64,000 nt of DNA from an uncultured delta proteobacterium (GTDB lineage: Bacteria; Desulfobacterota; Desulfobacteria; Desulfobacterales; SG8-13): assembly GCA_963787235.1 (NCBI GenBank), contig CAWBCG010000009.1:8426-72425 (forward strand). The letters run 5' to 3'. The translations under genes and the position numbers were made by a program. Below, piece after piece: positions 25,847-34,557 of this stretch. The notes below the pieces were generated by a model. The model worked only from the letters and a program-made list of their open reading frames with translations, did no database searches and was not told where the DNA came from. Numbering within the stretch: the first letter of the stretch is position 1; every line of letters begins with the position of its first letter.

Positions 25847-26503
25847 TCAAGCGCTCGACAACCGCCGGGCCTGATCGGCAAGCAGCGATTTGAAGCGGTC
25901 GAGGGTGACCGGATAGGGCGTCATCGGAATCCCCATCCAATCGGTGTATTCGAGAAATTCCTCCGGCTTTTCCGCCATGTAGCGGTCCATGAAGCCGATG
26001 CCGTCCAGCACGATAGCCCCTCCGGTGTGGCGCGGGAAGTTTTCATTGGCCAGTCCTTTGTCCCAACCCTTAAAAACCTTGTGGCGAAATTGTACCCAAC
26101 CCGGCGTCATCCACCAGACTTTTTCTCCGCCGGCAACCTCCCGCGCGATTTCTTCCCGCTCGGCCTCACTTGCAATCATGTCCATACAATGCGTCGCGTC
26201 GATCCGGGCCACATTCGGCCCCTGTTCCGCGATGATTTTTTGCATCGTCCGGGTGGGCTCATCTGCGTTGACGTAGCAGAATTTACCCCCGTAGACCACC
26301 AGCACCTTGTCTGCTTTTTCCTTGGCCGCTGCGATTCGGCGGATCAACTGGCGTTCCAATTCGTGAATGTCCTCATGCAACCCCGGTGTCGTGAAGTAGA
26401 GGTGATCCGTATCTAATACACCGGCCTGCTTCAAGTAATTCAGCTCAAGGCTCAGGGTACCGCAGGATACGATGGCTATTTTTGAGAATGATACACTTTC
26501 CAT
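25847..26503 (-). CDS. DUF1638 domain protein (tentative)
   Basis: 218 aa. IAIVSCGTLSLEL...LHEDIHELERQL...VVYGGKFC pattern as I recall for DUF1638. GGAGGGG SD. Confidence 0.55.
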   Translation of the reverse strand: MESVSFSKIAIVSCGTLSLELNYLKQAGVLDTDHLYFTTPGLHEDIHELERQLIRRIAAAKEKADKVLVVYGGKFCYVNADEPTRTMQKIIAEQGPNVARIDATHCMDMIASEAEREEIAREVAGGEKVWWMTPGWVQFRHKVFKGWDKGLANENFPRHTGGAIVLDGIGFMDRYMAEKPEEFLEYTDWMGIPMTPYPVTLDRFKSLLADQARRLSSA

Positions 26504-26586
26504 TTGTATTCCCCTCCGTTAGGGCTGAATTTTAGAATGCGAGTGATGTAACGGGTTGACTTCAACCGATACGGTTTCAGACCGCA

Positions 26587-28497
26587 TCAATATCTTTGAG
26601 CCAACTCATAGCCGGCATGTACGGCAGTGAATATATCCTGGACTTCGTTGGCATCCCCGATGATTTCCAGTTTGGGAACCGCCATTTGTATGTCTTTGCC
26701 CGGCCCGGGTGCTGCGCACATCCCTGAAGCCAGTATGACGGTTTGAAAAGGTGCCAGACGTTTCTTTTCACCATCCTGTTCCACTTCGACACCGTCGGCC
26801 CAAAAGGTCTTTACCGTGGTATGGGCCATCAAAGTGACGGTCGCCATCTGTTCGATTCGCATCAGTGTCAGCTTTCTGGTAATCATTTCCATCATGCTGC
26901 CGATAGGATCCGTCCTTTTGGTGGCAACGACGTCGAAACCTTGCATGCCCAATTTTTCCGCAATTTCGAGACCGGACCGACCGGCACCGATCACGAGGAT
27001 CCGAGGGCCTTTTACTTCTTTTTCTCCACCGAAATATTCCACGGATGTCATGACATACTGATCGTGCAGGCCCTCGATGTCGGGAAAATTTTGAACCGCA
27101 CCGGTGGCCCACACCAGGAGATCCGGTTGAACTTCTTGAACCAGGTCTGCATCGACTTTACGTCCCATGATGACGGATTCGGCGGTTGTCCGTGTGCAAT
27201 AATTCAACGCATACAAGCCTTCCCGCATGCTCTGCTTGCCGGGTGCCTGCCAGGCAAGCGAAAATTGTCCGCCGAGGTGGTTTTCCTTTTCCGCAATGGT
27301 TACCCGATGACCGCGTTGACCGAGGTAAACCGCCGCACTCATACCGGACGGACCGCCGCCCGCCACCAGGATCTTCAAGGGGTTTGGCGTGGGTTCCAGG
27401 GCGGGCTTTCCGATCGCCGGATTGAGGTTGCACCCCAGCGGTTCACCATTTTTTAATCGATGGAGACACCCCTGGAGACAGTAACCACAGTATCTGACTT
27501 CGTCGTACTGTCGGGTTTGCCATTTTACGATGAGATCGGGGTCGGAAATGAGCGGCCGTCCGAGGCCGACGAGGTCGGCCAGATTTTTTTGGAGAATCGT
27601 CTCAATTTTATGAATCCGTCCCATTCGTCCAGTGACGATTAAAGGAAGGTTCGTCTGTCCCCGAACCCAGGCGAGGGCATCCATTTGCGGTTTTTCCGGC
27701 AGACTGGAATGATGAAAATACCAAGGGGGGCTGAAGCATGAGCTTCCCATTCCCACGTGGATGGCAACGGCACCCGATTTTTCCACTATCTGAATGAACG
27801 GCAGCAGGTCTTCCCGGTCGATCCCGAACTCCGGAGACATCTCGTTACCCGAAATTCTGATCATAAAGGGGAGGTCAGGTGCGCCCTTTTTCACCGCTGA
27901 AAAAACCTCTTTTGCAAAAGCCAGTCGGTCCTCTCCGAAACGGTCGGATCGCTTGTTTATCTTGCGGTTCAGAAATTGAGAAATCAAATAGCCGTGCCCT
28001 CCCTGGATTTCCAACAGATCAAAGCCCGCTTCTTTTGCTTTCCGGGCTGCAGATGTGTAGCCGGCGATAATCGTGTTTATCTCTTCTTCGGTCAGCGGCT
28101 CCGATGTTTTACCGCTGGTTAAACATGTAACGGCGGAAGGGGCCTTGGGGGCCGTGCCGGTGACCATAGGATTGGCGGCTGCGCCGGCGTGATTCAAATG
28201 AAGGCAGGCCAGTCGTTTTTCCGCATGGATCACATTGACGATCTTTTTCAAATCCGCAACGCTTTCCGGCAGGTGGACACAGAGTTGTTTCGGGTGTTCG
28301 CGACCTTCGGGGGTTACGGACACCGGCTCGAGGATGAGGACAGCCGGACCGTTTCGGGCGATCTGTCGGTAGTAGATGAGTTGTCGATCGGTGACGACCC
28401 CCCCGGGCATGCCATACCCGGTTTTGATCGGTGGAAACACGAAACGATTGGCCAATTCCAGGTTGCCCAACCGATAGGGTTGAAACATGGCATCCAT
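26587..28497 (-). CDS. Two-domain NADH:flavin oxidoreductase (Old Yellow Enzyme/2,4-dienoyl-CoA reductase-like TIM barrel, Fe-S Cys cluster, FAD/NAD(P) domain)
   Basis: FQPYRLGNLELANRFVFPPI and LEIQGGHGYLISQFL (OYE). CGYCLQGC cluster. GGGPSGMSAAVYL and VIGAGRSGLE dinucleotide folds. Confidence 0.85.
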   Translation of the reverse strand: MDAMFQPYRLGNLELANRFVFPPIKTGYGMPGGVVTDRQLIYYRQIARNGPAVLILEPVSVTPEGREHPKQLCVHLPESVADLKKIVNVIHAEKRLACLHLNHAGAAANPMVTGTAPKAPSAVTCLTSGKTSEPLTEEEINTIIAGYTSAARKAKEAGFDLLEIQGGHGYLISQFLNRKINKRSDRFGEDRLAFAKEVFSAVKKGAPDLPFMIRISGNEMSPEFGIDREDLLPFIQIVEKSGAVAIHVGMGSSCFSPPWYFHHSSLPEKPQMDALAWVRGQTNLPLIVTGRMGRIHKIETILQKNLADLVGLGRPLISDPDLIVKWQTRQYDEVRYCGYCLQGCLHRLKNGEPLGCNLNPAIGKPALEPTPNPLKILVAGGGPSGMSAAVYLGQRGHRVTIAEKENHLGGQFSLAWQAPGKQSMREGLYALNYCTRTTAESVIMGRKVDADLVQEVQPDLLVWATGAVQNFPDIEGLHDQYVMTSVEYFGGEKEVKGPRILVIGAGRSGLEIAEKLGMQGFDVVATKRTDPIGSMMEMITRKLTLMRIEQMATVTLMAHTTVKTFWADGVEVEQDGEKKRLAPFQTVILASGMCAAPGPGKDIQMAVPKLEIIGDANEVQDIFTAVHAGYELAQRY

Positions 28498-28511
28498 TGA
28501 GACCTCCTTTT

Positions 28512-28835
28512 TTACTTATTGAGGACTTCTGCAATCGCCTTGGATAGCACCTCAGCAGGCTGCAGACCGACAAACCGCTGCAATTCCTTTCCATTCTTAA
28601 AGATAATCAACGTCGGAATGCTGGTAATTCCGAGTTGGATAGCAATCTGCCGATGGTCGTCGATGTTTACTTCAATTATCCTGGCCTCGCCCTTGAATCG
28701 CCTGGCTAAAGTTTCGATAATCGGTTTCTGGTCGCGACAGGGGCTACACCATGGGGATTCAAAATCCACCAATGTCACGCCTGAGTTGACCCACTCTTCC
28801 AATTTTTTAAAACTCTGCTGTTGATAATCTTTCAC
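28512..28835 (-). CDS. Thioredoxin (WCSPC active-site variant)
   Basis: 107 aa. VDFESPWCSPCR active site and IPTLIIFKNG cis-Pro loop. Only 14 nt upstream of the reductase gene. Confidence 0.85.
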   Translation of the reverse strand: MKDYQQQSFKKLEEWVNSGVTLVDFESPWCSPCRDQKPIIETLARRFKGEARIIEVNIDDHRQIAIQLGITSIPTLIIFKNGKELQRFVGLQPAEVLSKAIAEVLNK

Positions 28836-28975
28836 GGTCGCCTGTCTCTTAACTTAAAGCCTGCTCCTGACATGTTGTCAGGTTGATTTGCGCAGCAGGC
28901 ATCATACGACCTAAATTGTACACGTTGCCTCTTTACCCGCATATTTCTTGAAAAATGATTTTCAACACCTCGTTC

Positions 28976-29007
28976 AAAAAGAGGCAGGGGGGGGTATCCG
29001 CTGCCTC
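28976..29007 (-). terminator. Rho-independent terminator after the 105-aa gene
   Basis: On the minus strand: GAGGCAG-loop-CTGCCTC followed by TTTTT. Confidence 0.55.
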
Positions 29008-29047
29008 CAAACGCTCCACGGGTAAGGTGCAGGTGACATCCTTCACC

Positions 29048-29365
29048 TTAACCGCCGAAATTGCCGCCACCGAGGCCTCGCATGGCTTCTTCCGCGGTAA
29101 CGCGAAGTTTTGACAACGACTTGTCGAAAAGCTCCCTGTCGGTGCGGATGTCATCAATTCCGGTTTCGGGAGTGCAGTTGTCCCGAATCTGATCAATTCG
29201 TTGATCCATTTCCGAGATGAGGATGTGCAGGTCCTCGATGTTGGGCAGGATCTTTTCTTTCTCACCACCGGGTAGTTCTTCCATCTTGCGCACGATGTCA
29301 TAGACGTTGGCCTTCCACGCAGTGAGTTCCGCCTCCATGGTTTTACAACAATTTCTGGCTTTCAT
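29048..29365 (-). CDS. Hypothetical 105-aa helical protein
   Basis: AAAGGAGGAAATT SD upstream of ATG 29365. Coiled-coil-like composition. No recognised domain. Confidence 0.55.
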   Translation of the reverse strand: MKARNCCKTMEAELTAWKANVYDIVRKMEELPGGEKEKILPNIEDLHILISEMDQRIDQIRDNCTPETGIDDIRTDRELFDKSLSKLRVTAEEAMRGLGGGNFGG

Positions 29366-29471
29366 AATTTCCTCCTTTCGTCGCGATCCGGTATTGTGAA
29401 TAGATTTGAAACAAGGGTTTTTTTACGAGCCGGTCACCCTCCGGCTTTTGTCCTGTTTATAGTGACACACT

Positions 29472-29486
29472 CCAAAATTTGTGCCA
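29472..29486 (-). promoter_or_regulatory. Sigma-54-type promoter candidate (weak -12)
   Basis: Minus strand TGGCAC-AAATT-TTGG, about 105 nt upstream of ATG 29365. The -12 C is replaced by G. Confidence 0.3.
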
Positions 29487-29549
29487 GCGACGACGATAGG
29501 ATGTGGGGCATAATGAATAAGATATCTAACCGTTTAGAATTAATTGAAA

Positions 29550-29645
29550 TAACGTTAGCAATTATTTTGATGCTTCAATCAATTACGTTCACCGTTGACA
29601 ATGAAATGGGTTGGGGGTTATGTAAAGTAACGTTACTTAACGTTT
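29550..29645. promoter_or_regulatory. Candidate enhancer (UAS) sites: repeated AACGTT-centred palindromes
   Basis: TAACGTTA (29550-29557), GTAACGTTAC (29627-29636), TTAACGTTT (29637-29645), in the AT-rich divergent region between the 105-aa gene and activator 1. Confidence 0.3.
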
Positions 29646-29680
29646 GAATTCTCTCATGCTGGTTATGGAGTTGCGGTATC

Positions 29681-31090
29681 ATGACGAAAAAAACTCATGA
29701 AATATGGAACTTCCGGTTCGTCAATCAAATTATCGATTCCATGGCCGACGGCGTGTTTACAATGGATGCCGGTGGCCGCATTTCTTCCTGGAACCCATCC
29801 ATGGAACGCATCAGTGGTTATTCGGCTGAAGAAGTTCTGGGCAGGACTTGCGAAATTTTGCAATGCAGCCGTTGCTTCGGTAAAAAATGCCCCGCGGGTA
29901 TCAAAAAATGTGGCATTATCAAACTTGGAATCTCGGAAGCCAAGGAATGTTTCCTGAAACACAAAGAAGGCCACAACGTATCCATCATCAAGAATGCCAG
30001 TGTTGTGCGTGATGAAAATGAGAATATTATCGGGGTTGTGGAAACGGTCACGGATATGACCGAGTTGAGCAAGGCACGACGAAAAATTGAGGAAGCGGCG
30101 CTGCGCCTGGGAGAAATGCACCGGTTGGACAACATCATCGGAAAAAGCCGTGCTATGCGAGAAGTGTTTACAGCGATAAAAGCAGCCGCCGCGAGCGATG
30201 TCACCGTACTGGTTCATGGGGACAGCGGGACGGGTAAAGAACTGGTGGCCGGAGCGATTCATTATAATAGCGAACGGGCTGCCGGCCCCCTGATTACGGT
30301 CAATTGCTCGGCGCTTTCCGAGTCGCTCCTGGAAAGTGAACTTTTCGGCCATGTAAAAGGCGCCTACACCGGGGCCTTGCATGACCGTGCCGGGCGCTTT
30401 GAGGAGGCGGAGGGAGGAACCGTATTTCTGGATGAAATTGGAGAGCTGAGCCCGTACATTCAAGTCAAATTGCTGCGCGTGCTGCAGGAAAGGGAGATCG
30501 AACGGGTCGGGGAATCGAAAAGACGTAAAATCAACATCCGCATCATTGCCGCTACCCACCGAAACCTTTACGACCTCGTCCGTGAAGGTGCTTTTCGCGA
30601 TGATCTTTATTATCGTTTGAAGGTTTTTCCGATCCAGCTGCCACTCCTTGACCAGCGAAGGGATGACATACCGCTTCTGGTCGGTCATTTTATTCAAAAA
30701 CACAACAAGAAAACTGCCAAACAGATCCTGGGGGTGTCCCAGGCAACGTTGCGTATTTTCATGGATTACAGCTGGCCGGGCAATGTCCGTGAACTGGAAA
30801 ATGCCATCGAACATGCCTTTGTCGTTTGCAACCGGGAGCAGATCGAGCCGTATGACCTGCCGGTTGAGCTGAGGCAGGCGCGCTACCGACAGATAGACAA
30901 GGAGGAAGAGAAGAACCGGAGCGTTTCACGACCATATCGGCGGGTGAAAATCGACAAGAAGGAATTGCTCGAAATATTGAATGAAAGCGATTGGAACAAG
31001 GCCGAGGCCGCCCGCCGGATCGGGATTAGCCGCACGGCGGTTTGGAAGTACATGAAAAAGTGGGCCATCCCACTGAGCAAAACGCACTGA
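29681..31090 (+). CDS. Sigma-54-dependent transcriptional activator (Cys-rich PAS, AAA+, Fis-type HTH), paralog 1
   Basis: GDSGTGKELVAGAIH, GAYTGA (GAFTGA variant), [18 protein letters not shown]-terminal AARRIGISRTAVWKYMKK. PAS region carries CEILQCSRCFGKKCPAGIKKC. Confidence 0.9.
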   Translation: MTKKTHEIWNFRFVNQIIDSMADGVFTMDAGGRISSWNPSMERISGYSAEEVLGRTCEILQCSRCFGKKCPAGIKKCGIIKLGISEAKECFLKHKEGHNVSIIKNASVVRDENENIIGVVETVTDMTELSKARRKIEEAALRLGEMHRLDNIIGKSRAMREVFTAIKAAAASDVTVLVHGDSGTGKELVAGAIHYNSERAAGPLITVNCSALSESLLESELFGHVKGAYTGALHDRAGRFEEAEGGTVFLDEIGELSPYIQVKLLRVLQEREIERVGESKRRKINIRIIAATHRNLYDLVREGAFRDDLYYRLKVFPIQLPLLDQRRDDIPLLVGHFIQKHNKKTAKQILGVSQATLRIFMDYSWPGNVRELENAIEHAFVVCNREQIEPYDLPVELRQARYRQIDKEEEKNRSVSRPYRRVKIDKKELLEILNESDWNKAEAARRIGISRTAVWKYMKKWAIPLSKTH

Positions 31091-31161
31091 AGCCGATATC
31101 GACAGGATCAAGCGACTCGGTGCTGCTGGTTTTCAGCGGTCACTCCAACACAGCATCAACT

Positions 31162-31743
31162 CTATTTTTCTGAAGTTCGAAGAATCGATTTCAGGAATGT
31201 GTCTGTGTCTTGGATCTGACCCAGCCGGGCATAAAAAATCCTGGCGTTGTGATTGCCATCCAACTTTACGCCCATGTAGTAAGGGAACTTGACGCTGCCC
31301 AGTTTCCTGTGGATCGCGTCATCTGCGTCGGCGAAAACGGGAAACTTCAAGCCGTATTCTTCTTTGAATTGAGTCACCTGCAGGACTGAATTGCCGGCAC
31401 CAATGGCGATGAGCTTCAGCCTTCCCTTGAGTTCGGCGCTGCTTTCAATCTTTGCATACAATTGATTCATTTTGGGCGCATCCTTGTGGCACAGCGGACA
31501 GTACACACTGAACAGCTTGATGATCACGATGTCGGCCTTGATCTGATCCACGGAAAAAAGGCCAGATCCGGAAACGCCGAGATATCCCTGTAGACGCTCT
31601 TCTTGCGGAACAGGCAGCTCGATATCCGGAAGAACATCCCCAGCGGACGGCGGTTTATTTTTTTGATCGGAAATTTTGGCGGTTGCGCAGGCAGTCAGCA
31701 CCAGAGCGGTCAACAGGCTGACGAACACAATACTGTTTTTCAT
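31162..31743 (-). CDS. TlpA/redoxin-like thiol:disulfide oxidoreductase lipoprotein
   Basis: Lipobox LLTALVLTAC. CPLC active site in a thioredoxin-like fold. Confidence 0.8.
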   Translation of the reverse strand: MKNSIVFVSLLTALVLTACATAKISDQKNKPPSAGDVLPDIELPVPQEERLQGYLGVSGSGLFSVDQIKADIVIIKLFSVYCPLCHKDAPKMNQLYAKIESSAELKGRLKLIAIGAGNSVLQVTQFKEEYGLKFPVFADADDAIHRKLGSVKFPYYMGVKLDGNHNARIFYARLGQIQDTDTFLKSILRTSEK

Positions 31744-31762
31744 GAATTATCGCCTCCAATCC

Positions 31763-31987
31763 TTATGCCGGGGAATCGCCGGTGTGATTTATGGCCCGTT
31801 TTTCAGTTTCAGACCCGGTGTCCCAACCCTTCTGCCGCTTCTGCATGAACCAGATGACACAGGATGAACGATGTTTGCAGTATATGTTGGGATCTCGACA
31901 CGAGAGACACTCATCGCACAAGTACACGCCATGCTTCGTACACATGAAGCTGGTTTCTTTTTCAGGATGACAAGAGCATTTTCCCAT
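31763..31987 (-). CDS. Small Cys-rich zinc-finger protein (74 aa)
   Basis: CSCHPEKETSFMCTKHGVYLCDECLSCRDPNIYCKHRSSC, 10 Cys. 19-nt gap to the downstream TlpA-like gene. Confidence 0.55.
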   Translation of the reverse strand: MGKCSCHPEKETSFMCTKHGVYLCDECLSCRDPNIYCKHRSSCVIWFMQKRQKGWDTGSETEKRAINHTGDSPA

Positions 31988-32177
31988 TCCTATGTTTTTC
32001 CTTTCAAAGGGTTATATTCCTAACAATTAGAGCTCTAAGGTTTCTCGGCTTTCATCTGCCGCCAGCCCACCGGAAAGGTCGGGTCCGAAAGACAGACTCT
32101 TACTTCTGCCGGGGGTGTCGTTTTGGTCTTATGGATGCAGTCACCATGAAATAATAAATTTATAAATCAATTACTCT

Positions 32178-32669
32178 CTACCAGCTAAATTCTTTTCTTA
32201 TATCTTCAAGCACCTTTTTTAGTTCCTGCATGTCATCGCGGTTCGGGTGGCCGGCTGCGTTTGGTGCATCCTTGAGCCAAACCGGCGGTTCCGGTTTTTG
32301 AGATACTCTTTCCAATACTTCTGGATTGACCTCGCCTTGACAACTGAAAGTGCCGAGTACCTTCGCTTCGGGTACCAGGCTTTTGGCATGCGACATGGCG
32401 TCTTTCGCATGGGCCGAGCCTGCCGCTGCGCCGTGAGTGGCAAAGAGGAAAAGCCGTTGAGCCTTGATCTTTGAAAGAAATTCTAAAGACAAGGGATCGG
32501 GTTTACCGGCCTTAAGCCAGAAACCGACGGCAACCGAATCGTATCCGCTCGGATCCGGTGCTTCGTCCACAGGATAGATTTTCTTCTCGGCATCGATGAA
32601 ATCAAACACCGCATCCGCCAGTTTGCGCGTATTGCCGGATTGACTCGAATAAACGATTAAGGTCTTCAT
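32178..32669 (-). CDS. Flavodoxin
   Basis: Tracked ORF trimmed to MKTLIVYSSQSGNTRKLA (FMN phosphate loop). GGAGGAATTTCC-ATG. Confidence 0.85.
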   Translation of the reverse strand: MKTLIVYSSQSGNTRKLADAVFDFIDAEKKIYPVDEAPDPSGYDSVAVGFWLKAGKPDPLSLEFLSKIKAQRLFLFATHGAAAGSAHAKDAMSHAKSLVPEAKVLGTFSCQGEVNPEVLERVSQKPEPPVWLKDAPNAAGHPNRDDMQELKKVLEDIRKEFSW

Positions 32670-32761
32670 GGAAATTCCTCCTAAAGTAAAAGGTGTTGTA
32701 TTGGCAGCAGGGCGCTTTCGGAAGTACCGACGATGCCCTTTTACACCATCTTCCAAGAAAT

Positions 32762-32790
32762 ATCGACCCCGCCGTCACGGCGGGGTCGAT
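32762..32790 (-). terminator. Terminator-like or attenuator hairpin in the flavodoxin leader
   Basis: 12-bp perfect GC-rich stem ATCGACCCCGCC/GGCGGGGTCGAT with a 5-nt loop, followed on the minus strand by ATTTCTT. Confidence 0.4.
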
Positions 32791-32856
32791 ACAATGGAGG
32801 GGTAAAGGAGGTGTTCGATGGAGGTAATGCCAAGTCACCCCTTGGGACAAATCAAA

Positions 32857-32871
32857 GCAATTTATGTGCCA
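32857..32871 (-). promoter_or_regulatory. Sigma-54 promoter (exact consensus core)
   Basis: Minus strand TGGCAC-ATAAA-TTGC, about 190 nt upstream of flavodoxin ATG 32669 and 50 nt downstream of the activator 2 stop. Confidence 0.65.
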
Positions 32872-32920
32872 ATAACTAGCATTGGTGACGCCTCGAAAAG
32901 TGGTGGCGTTGAAAAAAAGT

Positions 32921-34315
32921 CTACGGGCTCTCTTTAAAGAAACGGTTCTGCTTGGTTGCGATACCGTATTTTTTCATATGATTCCAGACTGTTACGCGGG
33001 TGACGCCCAAAATTTCAGCGGCTTGTGACTGATTGCCGCCGGTCTGTTCCAGTGCTTCGATCAGCCGGCGTTTTTTTGTGTCGTCTCTGGTCCCTCCGGC
33101 ACTGATGGCGGTTGGTAACTCTTTTGGCTTGCCGATAATATCCGGCGGAAGGTCCTGGGGTTGAATCATGAGCCCCTGGCAGGTGACGAAGGCATATTCG
33201 AACGTGCTCTTGAGTTCCCGGACGTTGCCCGGCCAGGCGTGGGCCATCAACAGGTGCATGGCGTCCTTGGCGATTCCGTTGATTTTTTTGTCGCTCTTGA
33301 GCTGAATGCGGCGGAAGAAATGTTCGGCCAGCAGCGGAATGTCGCTGACCCGCTCCCGTAAGGGCGGGACGTAGATGGGGATGACATTGATCCGGTAGAA
33401 AAGGTCTTCCCGGAAATTCCCCTGCTCGACCAGCTGCTTCAGATCGCAGTTGGTGGCCGAGATGATTCTGACATCGATTGAAATCGGCCGCTGATCACCG
33501 ACCCGTTCGATCACTTTTTCTTCGAGCACCCGCAGCAGTTTGACCTGGGTCGAAAACGGCAGGTCGCCGATTTCATCCAAGAAAATGTCGCCGCCGTTGG
33601 CCGCTTCGAACCGTCCCGTGCGATCTTTGTGGGCGCCGGTAAAAGCCCCCTTGACATGACCGAAAAGCTCACTCTCCAGCAACGATTCATTCAAGGCGGC
33701 ACAGTTGACCTTGACGTAGGGCCGCTGCTGCGTTGACTTGGATTCGTGGATGGCCCTGGCGATAAGCTCTTTGCCGGTGCCGCTCTCACCGAATATGATT
33801 ACAGGTGCATCCGATTGGGCGGCATTGGTGATCAGGTCATAGACGCGCTGCATCGGCGCCGAGGAGCCGAGAATCCCGTGGAAACCGTCTTCGGCGCGCA
33901 GTTGACGCCTGAAAGCCTCGATCTGCGTGTCCTTTTCAATCAGCTCCGTGACATCGGTCATGGTTTCCACGCCCCCTATCACCTCGCCTTGCGCGTCGTG
34001 CAGCAAAGCCGCGTTCTTGAGGATGTGAAGATAGCGGCCGTCCTTGCGCATCATGACACAGCTCTGTTTGCGGACGTTTCCGATCCTGAACAACTGACAC
34101 CAGTGACAATCCGCTTTTTCACGAGCGGCCTCGCAGGTGTTGCAGTGCAGAATCGTACATGACCGGCCGATGATTTCATCTCTGGAGTAGCCCGTTATCG
34201 ACTCGAAAGCGGTGTTGACCGAAACGATTGTGCCACCCGTGTCGACGATCATGATGCCGTCCTGGATCGTATCGACCACCGTTTTCCAATAGGCATTCAT
34301 CTCCTGGTCTATCAT
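32921..34315 (-). CDS. Sigma-54-dependent transcriptional activator (Cys-rich PAS, AAA+, Fis-type HTH), paralog 2
   Basis: [59 protein letters not shown] region carries [21 protein letters not shown]. Confidence 0.9.
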   Translation of the reverse strand: MIDQEMNAYWKTVVDTIQDGIMIVDTGGTIVSVNTAFESITGYSRDEIIGRSCTILHCNTCEAAREKADCHWCQLFRIGNVRKQSCVMMRKDGRYLHILKNAALLHDAQGEVIGGVETMTDVTELIEKDTQIEAFRRQLRAEDGFHGILGSSAPMQRVYDLITNAAQSDAPVIIFGESGTGKELIARAIHESKSTQQRPYVKVNCAALNESLLESELFGHVKGAFTGAHKDRTGRFEAANGGDIFLDEIGDLPFSTQVKLLRVLEEKVIERVGDQRPISIDVRIISATNCDLKQLVEQGNFREDLFYRINVIPIYVPPLRERVSDIPLLAEHFFRRIQLKSDKKINGIAKDAMHLLMAHAWPGNVRELKSTFEYAFVTCQGLMIQPQDLPPDIIGKPKELPTAISAGGTRDDTKKRRLIEALEQTGGNQSQAAEILGVTRVTVWNHMKKYGIATKQNRFFKESP

Positions 34316-34326
34316 TTCCGATTTCC

Positions 34327-34342
34327 TGTTAAAAATTTAACA
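34327..34342. promoter_or_regulatory. Candidate enhancer (UAS) palindrome
   Basis: TGTTAAA-AA-TTTAACA perfect 7-2-7 palindrome. Further TTTAACA half-sites at about 34368-34384. About 190 bp upstream of the sigma-54 promoter. Confidence 0.35.
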
Positions 34343-34527
34343 TATATTAAATTTTATCTTTTAACAATTTAACACTCAAAATCAAGGATTTTTACAGCGG
34401 GCTTAAGAAATTGTTGGCGGTTCAGTCGGGAGTTTGAACGCTGTATACTTACAATCATCTGTAAACACTAATAAATCAAAATAAATTGATATCAATCCAG
34501 GGGTGGGGGATTTTTTTAGTGTGTGTG

Positions 34528-34543
34528 TGGCACCCAACTTGCT
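34528..34543 (+). promoter_or_regulatory. Sigma-54 promoter (exact consensus core) of the TusA/Qmo-like/DsrE operon
   Basis: TGGCAC-CCAAC-TTGCT, divergent from activator 2. Confidence 0.75.
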
Positions 34544-34557
34544 CATAGGGAAATACA

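Noticed and set aside
28933-29301. ORF 28933..29301 (122 aa) overlapping the 105-aa gene in another frame.
   Set aside because: It has no RBS, spans the terminator hairpin at 28976-29007, and competes with an ORF that has a strong SD.
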